Positions 1 through 9,129 of a DNA stretch of 64,000 nt are shown here, one piece after another. The DNA is taken from assembly GCA_965224025.1 (NCBI GenBank), contig OZ245033.1, positions 4,983,676 to 5,047,675 of the forward strand, read 5' to 3'. Every line of letters starts with the position of its first letter. Position 1 is the first letter of the stretch. The DNA comes from Candidatus Multivorans sp. (GTDB lineage: Bacteria > Acidobacteriota > Thermoanaerobaculia > Multivoradales > Multivoraceae). The translations under genes were made by a program, and so were the position numbers. Below the pieces are notes generated by a model. The model was not told the DNA's origin and did no database searches. It saw only the letters and a program-made list of their open reading frames with translations.

Positions 1-52
1 ATAGTTATACTGCCGCCCCCATCGGATCCAGGAACGTCAGGGAGCAGAGTGC

Positions 53-559
53 ATGAGCATCAAGACCGGGGACGCGGTCCCCGAAGCCAGCTTCAAGCAG
101 ATGACATCGGACGGCATCGTCGACATTTCGACTCGGGAGTTGTTCGAGGGCAAGAAGGTGGTCCTGTTCGCCGTGCCCGGCGCGCTGACGCCGACCTGTT
201 CCGAGGTTCACATGCCCAGCTTCGTCGAACACCTGGAGACGATCAAGGCCAAGGACGTCGACACGGTGGCCTGCGTCGCGGTCAACGATGTCTTCGTGAT
301 CAACGAATGGCGCAAGGCGCGGAGCATTCCCGACGACATCCTGCTGCTGTCCGACGGCAACGGCGAGTTCACGGCCAAGGTCGGACTGGAACTCGACGCC
401 TCGCGCTTCGGCATGGGCACGAGGTCCCGACGCTACGCCGCGGTCGTCGACGACGGCGTGGTGCAGTACCTCGGCGTGGAGCCGGCGGGTCAGGTCGGCG
501 TGAGCGGGGCCGAAGCGGTACTGGAGGAACTCGGGTGGCGCGTTCCGCGTCAGCCGTGA
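53..559 (+). CDS. Peroxiredoxin (type 2 / Prx5-like)
   Basis: [18 protein letters not shown] peroxidatic-Cys motif, VND.FV and LSDGNGEF motifs. Confidence 0.92.
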   Translation: MSIKTGDAVPEASFKQMTSDGIVDISTRELFEGKKVVLFAVPGALTPTCSEVHMPSFVEHLETIKAKDVDTVACVAVNDVFVINEWRKARSIPDDILLLSDGNGEFTAKVGLELDASRFGMGTRSRRYAAVVDDGVVQYLGVEPAGQVGVSGAEAVLEELGWRVPRQP

Positions 560-587
560 ACCAGTCCATGCGCCCGTCATCGGGCGC

Positions 588-1595
588 ATGGATGACACTC
601 GGCTGATCCAACCTGGCTATCCCTGGCCCGGGGGTCTCTTGACCAACCACAAGGTCGACTCTCTCACCGACTCGATCTACGTCACCTTCGACGAGGAGGC
701 GTGGGGGCGTCTCCGTGCCGACACCCCGAATCCGCTGTCCGAGGGCGAACTGGAGCGGCTGCGCGGCATCAACGAGAACGTGTCGCTGGAGGAGGTGGCG
801 CAGATCTTTCTGCCGATGTCCCGGCTCCTGAATCTCTATGTCGGCGGCACCCAGGACCTCTACCGGGCCAGCACGACCTTCCTCGGCGGTCTGGCGCCCA
901 AGGTGCCGTACATCATCGGCATCGGCGGCAGCGTCGCGGTGGGCAAGAGCACCACCGGCCGCATCCTGCGCGAGCTGCTCGCGCGTTGGCCCAATCATCC
1001 CCAGGTCGACCTGGTGACCACCGACGGCTTCCTCCACCCCAACGCCGTCCTGGAGGAGCGGGGGCTCATGGAGCGCAAGGGCTTTCCCGAGAGCTTCGAC
1101 ATTCGCACCCTGGTCAACTTCGTCCTCCAGGTGAAGTCGGGCGAGCGGCGGGTCGAGCACCCGGTCTACTCGCACCACTCCTACGACATCCTGCCCGGCG
1201 CCACCGAGGTCGTCGATCAGCCGGACATCCTGATTCTGGAGGGCTTGAACGTGCTCCAGGCACGGTCGCAGGCGCCCAGGAGCAGCCGGCTGATGCTCTC
1301 CGACCTGTTCGACTTCTCGATCTACGTGGACGCCGAGACCGAGGTGGTCGAACGTTGGTACGTGGAGCGCTTCCTGACCTTCAGGGGTACCGCATTCAAG
1401 GACCCCGACGCCTACTTCCACCGCTACGCGAGCCTGAGCGAAAAGGACGCCATCGAGACGGCGCGCGGCATCTGGAAGGCGATCAACGAGCCGAACCTGA
1501 CCCAGAACATCCTGCCGACCCGCGAGCGGGCCGATCTGATCCTCGAGAAGGCGTCCGACCACGCGGTGCGTCGGGTGCGGCTGCGAAAACTGTAG
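588..1595 (+). CDS. coaA: Type I pantothenate kinase
   Basis: [10 protein letters not shown]-loop, [32 protein letters not shown]; true start may be slightly downstream. Confidence 0.95.
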   Translation: MDDTRLIQPGYPWPGGLLTNHKVDSLTDSIYVTFDEEAWGRLRADTPNPLSEGELERLRGINENVSLEEVAQIFLPMSRLLNLYVGGTQDLYRASTTFLGGLAPKVPYIIGIGGSVAVGKSTTGRILRELLARWPNHPQVDLVTTDGFLHPNAVLEERGLMERKGFPESFDIRTLVNFVLQVKSGERRVEHPVYSHHSYDILPGATEVVDQPDILILEGLNVLQARSQAPRSSRLMLSDLFDFSIYVDAETEVVERWYVERFLTFRGTAFKDPDAYFHRYASLSEKDAIETARGIWKAINEPNLTQNILPTRERADLILEKASDHAVRRVRLRKL

Positions 1596-1599
1596 CTGG

Positions 1600-3168
1600 C
1601 TACGGCGCCTGCCAGTTCGGGTTTCCCAAAGCGCCGGACTCGTCGAGGAGTTCGTCCAGGCGCCCGGACAGGCGGTCGAACAGCTCCTTGAGTGCCAGCA
1701 CCTCGGCTGCGTCTTCGCCGTCCTGGCTCCGCGCGTTCCTGGCCGCGACCGCCAGTCGCGTCTCGACGTTGCCGGCGCCGTGGCGGGTGATGAAGTCGCC
1801 AAGCAGGTTGTTTCTCTCCGCCGGGTCGGCCTCCAGGTCGTAGAGCTCGTAGCGGTCCCAAACGCCGTGGAATCGCATCAACTTGTAGCGGTCCGTGCGC
1901 ACACCCAGCACGGTCGGCGTCTGCGGGAAGGACCGTTCCCAGAAGTACTCGTAGAGGAAGGCGTCGCGCCACGGCGACGCATTGGTCCGGTCGCCTTCGA
2001 TCAGTCCCAGGAAGGAGCGCCCCTGGACGGTTGACGGGATCTCGAGTCCCGCGGCCTCCAGGAAGGTCGGCGCGAAGTCCAGGTTGACGATGAGTTCCGG
2101 GCGCCGCAAACCCCCGGCGCCGCCCTCGAACCCCGGCGCCAGGACGACCAGCGGTACGCGGATCGACGCCTCGTACATCGTCCGTTTGTCGATCAGGCCG
2201 TGCTCGCCGAACTGGAAGCCGTTGTCGGAGGTGAACACGAGCAGCGTCCGTTCCAGATGCCCCTGCTGTTCCAGGGCGCCTACGATCCGCCCGACACTGT
2301 CATCGACCGCGCGCATGGTCTCCGCGTAGTCCAGCGCGAACTGCTGGAAGTCGACCCGGTTGTCGTACAGGCCGTCGACGCCGTGCCAACTCCGACGCTG
2401 CGCCTCGACCCAGTTCGGCTTGCCCTCGTAGTTGTCATGCCGGTTCGCCATCGTCGGCGGAGGTGGATACCGCCGATCGGCGTAGCTCCCGAGGTGGCGT
2501 TCCGCGGGCCGGAAGGGCGAGTGAACGGCCTTGTGCGACACGTAGAGCAGGAAGGGCTCATCCGCCCCCTCGCGGGCGGCCAGGAAGTCCAGCGCGTAGT
2601 CGGTGATCAGGTCCGTGGTGTAGCCCTGGCGCGGCACCCGTTCGCCGTCGATGTTGAAGGTCTGGTTGTAGTAGAGGCCCTGACCCGGAAACGAGACCCA
2701 GCGGTCGAATCCCGGCCGCGGCTCGTCGGAGCTGCCTCCCATGTGCCACTTGCCGACGAAGGCGGTCCGGTAGCCGGCGCCCTGGAGTTCCTGCGGGAAG
2801 GTCGGCGTCGACGGATCGAGGCGAGTGCGGTTGTCGAGCACACCGTGCCGATGGGCGTACTGCCCGGTGAGGATCGACGCCCGGCTCGGCGAGCAGAGCG
2901 ACGTGGTCACGAAGGCGTTCTCGAACAGCACCCCGCGTTCGATCAGCCGATCGAGGTGCGGAGTCTCGAGGAACGGGTGTCCGAGCGCGGAAGCGGCGTC
3001 GAAGCGCTGGTCGTCGATCAGGATGAAGACGATGTTCGGGCGCTCGTCGGCGAGCCCCGGAGCGGCCGCCATCAGAGTCAACCCGCACGCCGCCAGCAGG
3101 CGCACGCCAAGGCGTCCGGTCCTTCGCCACCGTCCCGGTTCCCTGTTCGTCATCTCAGCTCCCGTCAT
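1600..3168 (-). CDS. Sulfatase (secreted)
   Basis: RPNIVFILIDD, CSPSR formylglycine motif, GKWH, TSDNG; start taken at ATG 3168 (3153 is an alternative). Confidence 0.9.
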   Translation of the reverse strand: MTGAEMTNREPGRWRRTGRLGVRLLAACGLTLMAAAPGLADERPNIVFILIDDQRFDAASALGHPFLETPHLDRLIERGVLFENAFVTTSLCSPSRASILTGQYAHRHGVLDNRTRLDPSTPTFPQELQGAGYRTAFVGKWHMGGSSDEPRPGFDRWVSFPGQGLYYNQTFNIDGERVPRQGYTTDLITDYALDFLAAREGADEPFLLYVSHKAVHSPFRPAERHLGSYADRRYPPPPTMANRHDNYEGKPNWVEAQRRSWHGVDGLYDNRVDFQQFALDYAETMRAVDDSVGRIVGALEQQGHLERTLLVFTSDNGFQFGEHGLIDKRTMYEASIRVPLVVLAPGFEGGAGGLRRPELIVNLDFAPTFLEAAGLEIPSTVQGRSFLGLIEGDRTNASPWRDAFLYEYFWERSFPQTPTVLGVRTDRYKLMRFHGVWDRYELYDLEADPAERNNLLGDFITRHGAGNVETRLAVAARNARSQDGEDAAEVLALKELFDRLSGRLDELLDESGALGNPNWQAP

Positions 3169-4094
3169 CTCAATTCTGCTGGGGGAAGTTCGCCCAGACC
3201 GACCGCCGCCAGTTCCCCGGGCTCGTAGTTCCAGCGCCGGTAGTTCCACATCCACTGCTCGGGCTGCGCCCGCACTCTCCGTTCGATCGCCCCGGCGATG
3301 CGCTGCGACAGCTCGACCGCGTCCCGCGTCCCGCCCGGAGAGCGGAGGATCTCACTCTCCAGCCGGTACGAGAAGGGGCCCTCGCGGACACAGAACGCCG
3401 CGACCAGGGGACAGTCGCGCTTGGCCGCCAGCGCCGCCGGGCCACCGACGAACTCCGTGCGGCGGCCCAGGAAAGAGACCTCCGGACCGCGCCGCTGGTC
3501 GGGCCGCTGATCGACCACCATGATCAGCGTCTCCTTCCGCTTGAGGCAGCTCAGCATGTCGCGCAGGAGAGAGGCACGCCCGCTCCAGATCACCCGAACC
3601 CCCGCCCGCGCCCGCATCCGCTCGACAAAGAGCGACGTTGCCGCGGAACGCGCGGGCTTGGCGACCGCGCACACCGGAGAGGCGGCCGTGCGTACGATGC
3701 TCTGAGCCAGCAGTTCCCAGGCGCCTAGGTGGGCCGTGACCAGCACCTGGCCGCGGCCGCAACCCTCGACCTCTTCCATCAACCGCTGCAGGTCGCCGAA
3801 ACCCTCCATTGCCCCTACGTCGAGCCGCTTCTGGTCGAAGCTGATCCGCACTGTCTCGAGCGCCGCCACGATCTGGTGCCGCACGCAGCGCCACTCCAGG
3901 TCGCGCGCCTCCGGCGACCCCGGAGGCAAGCCCACGACGACCGCCAGGTTCCGCCGCATCAACCGCACGTCGCGCGGCGTGACCCAGCGGCAAAGGGCCA
4001 GCAGCCCCGCCAGCGGGCCGAAGGCTGCAGCCGGCAGCAGGCGCAACAGCCACGAGGCGGCTAAGAGGAAGACTCCCATGGAGCGGTTGGACAT
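3165..4094 (-). CDS. Lipid A lauroyl/lysophospholipid acyltransferase family
   Basis: TAHLGAWE motif, DQ motif, C-terminal PEQWMWNYRRW. Confidence 0.85.
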   Translation of the reverse strand: MSNRSMGVFLLAASWLLRLLPAAAFGPLAGLLALCRWVTPRDVRLMRRNLAVVVGLPPGSPEARDLEWRCVRHQIVAALETVRISFDQKRLDVGAMEGFGDLQRLMEEVEGCGRGQVLVTAHLGAWELLAQSIVRTAASPVCAVAKPARSAATSLFVERMRARAGVRVIWSGRASLLRDMLSCLKRKETLIMVVDQRPDQRRGPEVSFLGRRTEFVGGPAALAAKRDCPLVAAFCVREGPFSYRLESEILRSPGGTRDAVELSQRIAGAIERRVRAQPEQWMWNYRRWNYEPGELAAVGLGELPPAELR

Positions 4095-4202
4095 CGGGCT
4101 GCCAGTCTAGGAGTGTCCGCAGCGTTGTCGCTGCGCTGTCGCGCAGGGAACAGGCAGCGAGTAGCCAACGTTACAGCGGCGTCGTGGGTTCATAGAGTTG
4201 GC

Positions 4203-4358
4203 CGCGCTGGGCAGCGAGGCCGCGCAGGCACTGGTGTGTTGGCGCCCGACTAGGAGTTTGGCCCGGACCGTGATCGGCGCTCTGACGCTGGCGGCGCGGC
4301 TTGTGTCGCGACCCCGTATGCAAGATTGAGCTTTTCGCCGCGGTCTCTGCCCAGCGCG
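4203..4358 (+). ncRNA. Putative IS110 bridge RNA core in the left end
   Basis: 4203-4224 pairs with 4339-4358 and encloses CTAGGAGT (4250-4257) and ATGCAAG (4318-4324), which match the element junctions. Confidence 0.6.
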
Positions 4359-4391
4359 ACGATTGGATTCCACATCTACGGGAGGCAGGGG

Positions 4392-5711
4392 ATGGCAAAG
4401 CGGAAGGCGGAGCGTCTGGAAGTCGTTCACCCGGATTGCGCCGGTGTGGACGTAGGCAAGCGCAAGCACTACGTGGCGGTGGCCCCGTCGCGTTTCGAGC
4501 GGCCGGTGCGCAATTTCTCGTCGTTCACGGAGGACCTCGAGGCGATGGCCTCGTGGCTTCAGGAGTGCGGCGTGCGTGAGGTGGCGCTGGAGTCGACGGG
4601 GGTGTACTGGATTCCGGTGTTCGAGGTGCTGGACCGGGCGGGGTTCGAGGTGCATCTGGTGAATCCTCGGGCGACCAAGCAGGTGAGTGGCCGCAAGAGT
4701 GACGTTCTGGACTGCCAGTGGATCCGGCAGTTGATGAGCTACGGGCTCCTGCGCGGTGCGTTTCGCGCGCCGGACGAGTTGTGTCCGCTGCGTTCGTACA
4801 CGCGGCAGCGCGCCCAGTTGGTCCGCGACCGCAGCCGCGCGGTGCAGCACATCCAGAAGGCTCTGGTGCAGATGAACGTGCAGTTGGACAACGTGCTGAG
4901 CGACATCATGGGCAAGACCGGCCAGTTGATCGTGCGCGCGATCGTCGCCGGCGAGCGCGACGGCGCGGCGCTGGCCCGTCACCGGGACGGTCGCTGCAAG
5001 GCTGGTCCGGCTGTGATCGCGGCGAGTTTGCAAGGCAACTGGCGAGACGAGCACCTGTTCGCTCTGGGCCAGGCGCTGGCCCGCTACGACATGCTGCAAG
5101 GCCAGATCGAGATGTGCGAGAAGCGCATCGACGCCGAGCTCGACGGTCTGGCCCAAGACGGCGTCGAGGACGCGCCGCCGCCCGGTTCGAAGGCGCGCGA
5201 GCGCGCCCTGCGGAAGCGGCTGCATCGCATGCTCGGCGTGGACCTGGTCGCCATTCCGACGGTCGGCGTCGAAACCGCGCTGACCTTCGCCGCTGAGATC
5301 GGCCCGGACCTGTCCCGGTTTCCCTCGCAGGGCAACTTCTGCTCGTGGCTGTGTCTGGCTCCACCGACCAACATCAGCGGCGACAAACGGCTGAACGGCC
5401 CTCCCGTGAAGCAGACCAACCGGGTCGGCCAGGCGCTGCGCCAAGCCGCCACCACAGCCCGCAACAGCAAGACCGCCATCGGAGCCTCTCACCGCCGGCG
5501 TCTCCAGCACATGGAGAAGGCGAAGGCCATCAAGGCCACCGCTCATCAACTCGGCCGACTGATCTACGCCATGCTGACCCACGGCGAAGAGTACGTCGAG
5601 CGCGACCTCGCCGAAATGGAGGCCGTCCGACGCGAACGACAAATCAGAAACCTGCAGCGTCAGGCCCGCCGCCTGAATCTGGCTCTCGTGCCGACCGAAC
5701 ATGCCGCCTGA
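4392..5711 (+). CDS. IS110 recombinase/transposase
   Basis: GVDVGK, ALESTG and KSDVLD (DEDD RuvC-like), C-terminal ISGDK serine; GGAGG RBS before ATG 4392. Confidence 0.95.
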   Translation: MAKRKAERLEVVHPDCAGVDVGKRKHYVAVAPSRFERPVRNFSSFTEDLEAMASWLQECGVREVALESTGVYWIPVFEVLDRAGFEVHLVNPRATKQVSGRKSDVLDCQWIRQLMSYGLLRGAFRAPDELCPLRSYTRQRAQLVRDRSRAVQHIQKALVQMNVQLDNVLSDIMGKTGQLIVRAIVAGERDGAALARHRDGRCKAGPAVIAASLQGNWRDEHLFALGQALARYDMLQGQIEMCEKRIDAELDGLAQDGVEDAPPPGSKARERALRKRLHRMLGVDLVAIPTVGVETALTFAAEIGPDLSRFPSQGNFCSWLCLAPPTNISGDKRLNGPPVKQTNRVGQALRQAATTARNSKTAIGASHRRRLQHMEKAKAIKATAHQLGRLIYAMLTHGEEYVERDLAEMEAVRRERQIRNLQRQARRLNLALVPTEHAA

Positions 5712-5778
5712 ATCGCGCAACCTGCGCTGCCAACAAGGAACCCCTACCCGTTTGTTCCATGCAAGACTGCGCAGGCTC

Positions 5779-7155
5779 CTACGGATCGGCGCCCATGCGC
5801 TTGCCGCGCTGCACTTGGCCCCAGCGTTCGAGGCGCAGGTGGGTGGCCCGCCCTGTCTCCGCATCCACCTCGAAGATCGCGATCTGCTCCCGGTCGCGGG
5901 TGCCGACGAAGCGGTGCTCCCCGATCGGCACCGTCTCCGTGCCGGCGATCATCAGCTTGCCGTCCTTGACCAGGACGGGGATCGGGTTCCGGCCGAAGTC
6001 GTAGATGCCGGCGTAGCGCTTCAACTCGTCCGGTTCCAGTGTCACAGCGGCGTGTTCGGCCTCCTGTACGCCGAGGACCGCGCGGGCGATTCGGGCCTCG
6101 AGCGGGCCCGGTTCGGCTGACGTGCTGTTGCTGAGCACGGCGACGACCAACTCGTCGTCCGGGTACCAGGAAAGCTGGCTCAGGAAACCGTTGATTCCGC
6201 CGCCGTGGGAGATCTTCCGGTGACCCGCCATCTCGCCGACCTGTAGGCCGAGGCCGTAACCGATCTCCTCGCCGCCCGGCAGCCGGCGCCTGGTGGTCAT
6301 CGCGCTGAGGCTGTCCGGCGTCACGACATCGCCGGCGCCGAGCGCCGTGGTCCAGCGCGCGAGGTCGAGAACGCTCGAGCCCAGGGAGCCGGCCGAGAAG
6401 GGCAGCAGCATGGAGAGCGGTTCGTCGTTCAGCAGGACGCCGTCTTCGACCCGGTAGCCCTCGGCACGGTTGGGGACGATCGGATCGTTGTAGAGGTAGT
6501 GCGACTCCCGCATTCCGAGCGGGCGGAAGAACGTCTCCCGGAGGTACTCGGCGTAGCTGCGGCCGCTCGCCTTCTCGATCAGCAGGCCGGCCAGGTAGTA
6601 GCCGGAGTTGCTGTACTGGTAGCGGTCGCCGGGCTCGAACTCGTAGGGCTGGGCCGAGAACAGTTCGATCATCTGCTCGTGGGAGAGGTCGAGCCGGCTC
6701 TGCTCCCAGAACGACGGCATCTCGGTGTAGCCCTTGATTCCCGAGGTGTGATCGAGCAACTGCCCGACCGTGATGTGGAACTCGCCGACCGGGTAGTCGG
6801 GGAAGTACTTCGCGATCGGCTCGTCGAGGGTGACCTTGCCCGCCTCGGCCAGCTTCAGAACCGCCGCGGCCGTGAACTGCTTGGTGACCGAGCCGATCCG
6901 GTAGACCGTGTGCTCGGTTGCCGGCACCCGGTTCTCGACGTCGGCGAGGCCGTAGCCCTTGGCGAGGATCAGCTCGCCGCCGGACTGGACCGCGACGGAG
7001 ATGCCAGGCGTCTGCGTGGCCTCCATCGAGTCGGAGACCAACTCGTCGATTCGTTCGAGCAGAGCGCCGCGGTCGTCGCCGGCGGCCGACCCCGGCGCCG
7101 GAATCGATGTGAGCGCGGCGAGGAAGACGGGCCCGGCCCTTGATCTGATTCGCAT
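5779..7155 (-). CDS. Serine hydrolase, beta-lactamase class C-like family
   Basis: SVTK, YSN and HGG motifs; signal-like N-terminus. Confidence 0.9.
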   Translation of the reverse strand: MRIRSRAGPVFLAALTSIPAPGSAAGDDRGALLERIDELVSDSMEATQTPGISVAVQSGGELILAKGYGLADVENRVPATEHTVYRIGSVTKQFTAAAVLKLAEAGKVTLDEPIAKYFPDYPVGEFHITVGQLLDHTSGIKGYTEMPSFWEQSRLDLSHEQMIELFSAQPYEFEPGDRYQYSNSGYYLAGLLIEKASGRSYAEYLRETFFRPLGMRESHYLYNDPIVPNRAEGYRVEDGVLLNDEPLSMLLPFSAGSLGSSVLDLARWTTALGAGDVVTPDSLSAMTTRRRLPGGEEIGYGLGLQVGEMAGHRKISHGGGINGFLSQLSWYPDDELVVAVLSNSTSAEPGPLEARIARAVLGVQEAEHAAVTLEPDELKRYAGIYDFGRNPIPVLVKDGKLMIAGTETVPIGEHRFVGTRDREQIAIFEVDAETGRATHLRLERWGQVQRGKRMGADP

Positions 7156-7269
7156 GGTGTTTGATCCTATGGCCCCGAGCAGGTCGGCGGTCCGCGGCTA
7201 CAGGGGGCCAAACAGCGTTAGAGTGTTGGTTTGGCGGAGGGGCAGCGGCAGGCATCGCCGGGTCGGGCG

Positions 7270-7480
7270 CCCCGTTGTGGGTGTCGCTGGAGCCGATGAA
7301 GCCGATCTTGAACGGGTTGCCGCGGCCCTCCTGCTTGAGCGGGAAACCCGCGAGCAGGTCTACGATGTCGCCTGCTCGGACGGCGGCGCCGTCGATCCGG
7401 AAACCCACCGCTGCCCGGACAACGGAGCGACGGTGGACCTCTCCGACTGCTCCTTCAGTGACGGCGCCGGCGCACCCAGT
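7270..7480. pseudogene. Fragments resembling a DUF3604 protein, in opposite orientations
   Basis: Minus strand NPFKIGFIGSSDTHNG; plus strand EQVYDVACSDG...HRCPDNGATVDLSDC; family assigned from recalled motifs. Confidence 0.5.
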
Positions 7481-7489
7481 GAGCGGCCC

Positions 7490-7565
7490 TGGTGGGCCGT
7501 GAGGGGATCGAACCCCCGACCCTTGGATTAAAAGTCCACTGCTCTACCAACTGAGCTAACGGCCC
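7490..7565 (-). tRNA. tRNA-Lys(UUU)
   Basis: GGGCCGTTAGCTCAGTTGGTAGAGC...CTTTTAA...GGTTCGATCCC...CACCA. Confidence 0.97.
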
Positions 7566-7632
7566 GGCGCAGTATAGTGCCGCGGGCCTCTGGCCTGCGT
7601 TTCGAACGGCATCCGCCGCAGGCGGATTCCGC

Positions 7633-8985
7633 CTACTCGCCGACGGACCGCACGGTCCCGAACCGGTCCCCCAGCCATCCCTCGAGCCGCCCGCCGCCGC
7701 TGAAGACGGTCTCCTCGCGCCGAGGGCCGGAGGAGATGAGATCCGCGCTCGCGTCGAGCTCCTGTTCGAGGAAGTCGATGTAGTCGAGGGCCGCCCGCGG
7801 CAGCTCGCCGCGGTCGAGGACCCCACGCGTGTCCTGCTTCCAGCCTGGGAAGGTGCGGTAGACGGGCTCCGCGCCGGCCAGGCGCGAGGTCACCGCGGGC
7901 AGATCGCGGACCACCTCGCCGCCGATGCGATAGCCGACGCAGACCTGGAGTTCGTCGAGCTCGTCCAGCACGTCGATCTTCGTCAGCGCCAGGCAGCGGG
8001 CGCCGTTGACGCGGGCGGCGTGGCGCAGGATGACCAGGTCGAGCCACCCGCAGCGCCGGTGCCGACCGGTCGTCGTGCCGAACTCGTGACCGCGGTCCCG
8101 CAGGTGCAGGCCTACGTCGTCCTTGAGCTCGGTAGGCATCGGCCCCTCGCCGACCCGGGTCGTGTAGGCCTTGACCACGCCGATGGCGCCGTCGATCGCG
8201 GTCGGCGGCACGCCGCTGCCGACCACCGCCCCGCCGGCGGTCGAGTTCGAGCTCGTGACGTAGGGGTAGGTCCCGTGATCGACGTCCAGCAGGGCGCCCT
8301 GCGCGCCCTCGAACAGCACGGTGCCCCCACCGCGCATCAGGGTGTCGAGCTCGACCGAAAGGTCGCACAGGTAGGGGGACAGGCTTTCCGCCCAGCGGGT
8401 GAAGTCCGCGGCGGCGGCCTCAGGGTCCAGCTCGGCGCCGGCGGCGGCGTCTCGCTCGAAGTCGGCGACCCGCACGATCTGACGGTTCATCATCGCCTCG
8501 CCGCCGGCCACGAGTTCCGCCAGACGGATTCCGGTGCGGCCGATCTTGCTCTCGTACGCGGGGCCGATGCCCTTGGCGGTGGTGCCGATGCGGTCCGCGC
8601 CCCGCGCCTCTTCACGGATGTGATCGAGAGCGACATGGACCGGCGTCAGGGCATGGGCGCGGTCGGAGAGCCGCAGCCGCCCGGAAGTTTCGATGCCGCG
8701 TTGCTCGAGTTGGGCGACTTCGCGGAGGAACGCGTCCGGGTCGATCACCATGCCGTTGCCGAGGTAGCAGGCCATGCCGGGTTGCAGGATGCCGGACGGG
8801 ATCAGGTGCAGGGCGAAGTGCTCGGCGCCCTCGCCGCTGCCGAACTTCACGGTGTGGCCAGCGTTGTTGCCGCCCTGGAAGCGGACCACGGCGTCGAAGG
8901 CCGGGCAGAGAAGATCGATGATCTTCCCCTTGCCCTCGTCGCCCCACTGCATGCCGACGACGACTACGTTGAACGCGACTGTCAC
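7633..8985 (-). CDS. purA: Adenylosuccinate synthetase
   Basis: QWGDEGKGK, GGNNAGHT, EGAQG, GTYPYVTSS, EFGTTTGR. Confidence 0.98.
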   Translation of the reverse strand: MTVAFNVVVVGMQWGDEGKGKIIDLLCPAFDAVVRFQGGNNAGHTVKFGSGEGAEHFALHLIPSGILQPGMACYLGNGMVIDPDAFLREVAQLEQRGIETSGRLRLSDRAHALTPVHVALDHIREEARGADRIGTTAKGIGPAYESKIGRTGIRLAELVAGGEAMMNRQIVRVADFERDAAAGAELDPEAAAADFTRWAESLSPYLCDLSVELDTLMRGGGTVLFEGAQGALLDVDHGTYPYVTSSNSTAGGAVVGSGVPPTAIDGAIGVVKAYTTRVGEGPMPTELKDDVGLHLRDRGHEFGTTTGRHRRCGWLDLVILRHAARVNGARCLALTKIDVLDELDELQVCVGYRIGGEVVRDLPAVTSRLAGAEPVYRTFPGWKQDTRGVLDRGELPRAALDYIDFLEQELDASADLISSGPRREETVFSGGGRLEGWLGDRFGTVRSVGE

Positions 8986-9129
8986 GAATCCCTCGCTAGT
9001 CCCATGACCGACCCCGCGCCTCGGAAGTCGCCAAGTCCGGCGCCTTCCAGCACTCGTGTTTCGGCCCGCATCGCCCGACGCGGGGGAGCGCGACCCTAGC
9101 AGCGACCCGCTAGCCTATCATTCGGGTCT

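Larger units (their letters stand above)
4111..5765 (+). mobile_element. IS110-family element, copy 1
   Basis: Matches 58836-60490 except one visible SNP (5147 T vs 59872 C, synonymous); junctions CTAG|GAGT and CCATGCAAG|, so AG is the apparent duplicated core; no terminal IRs. Confidence 0.9.

Noticed and set aside
7490-7565. tRNA genes as att sites for the phage-like element
   Set aside because: No duplicated tRNA 3' end or integrase seen; the element boundaries map to a REP hairpin and an IS gene
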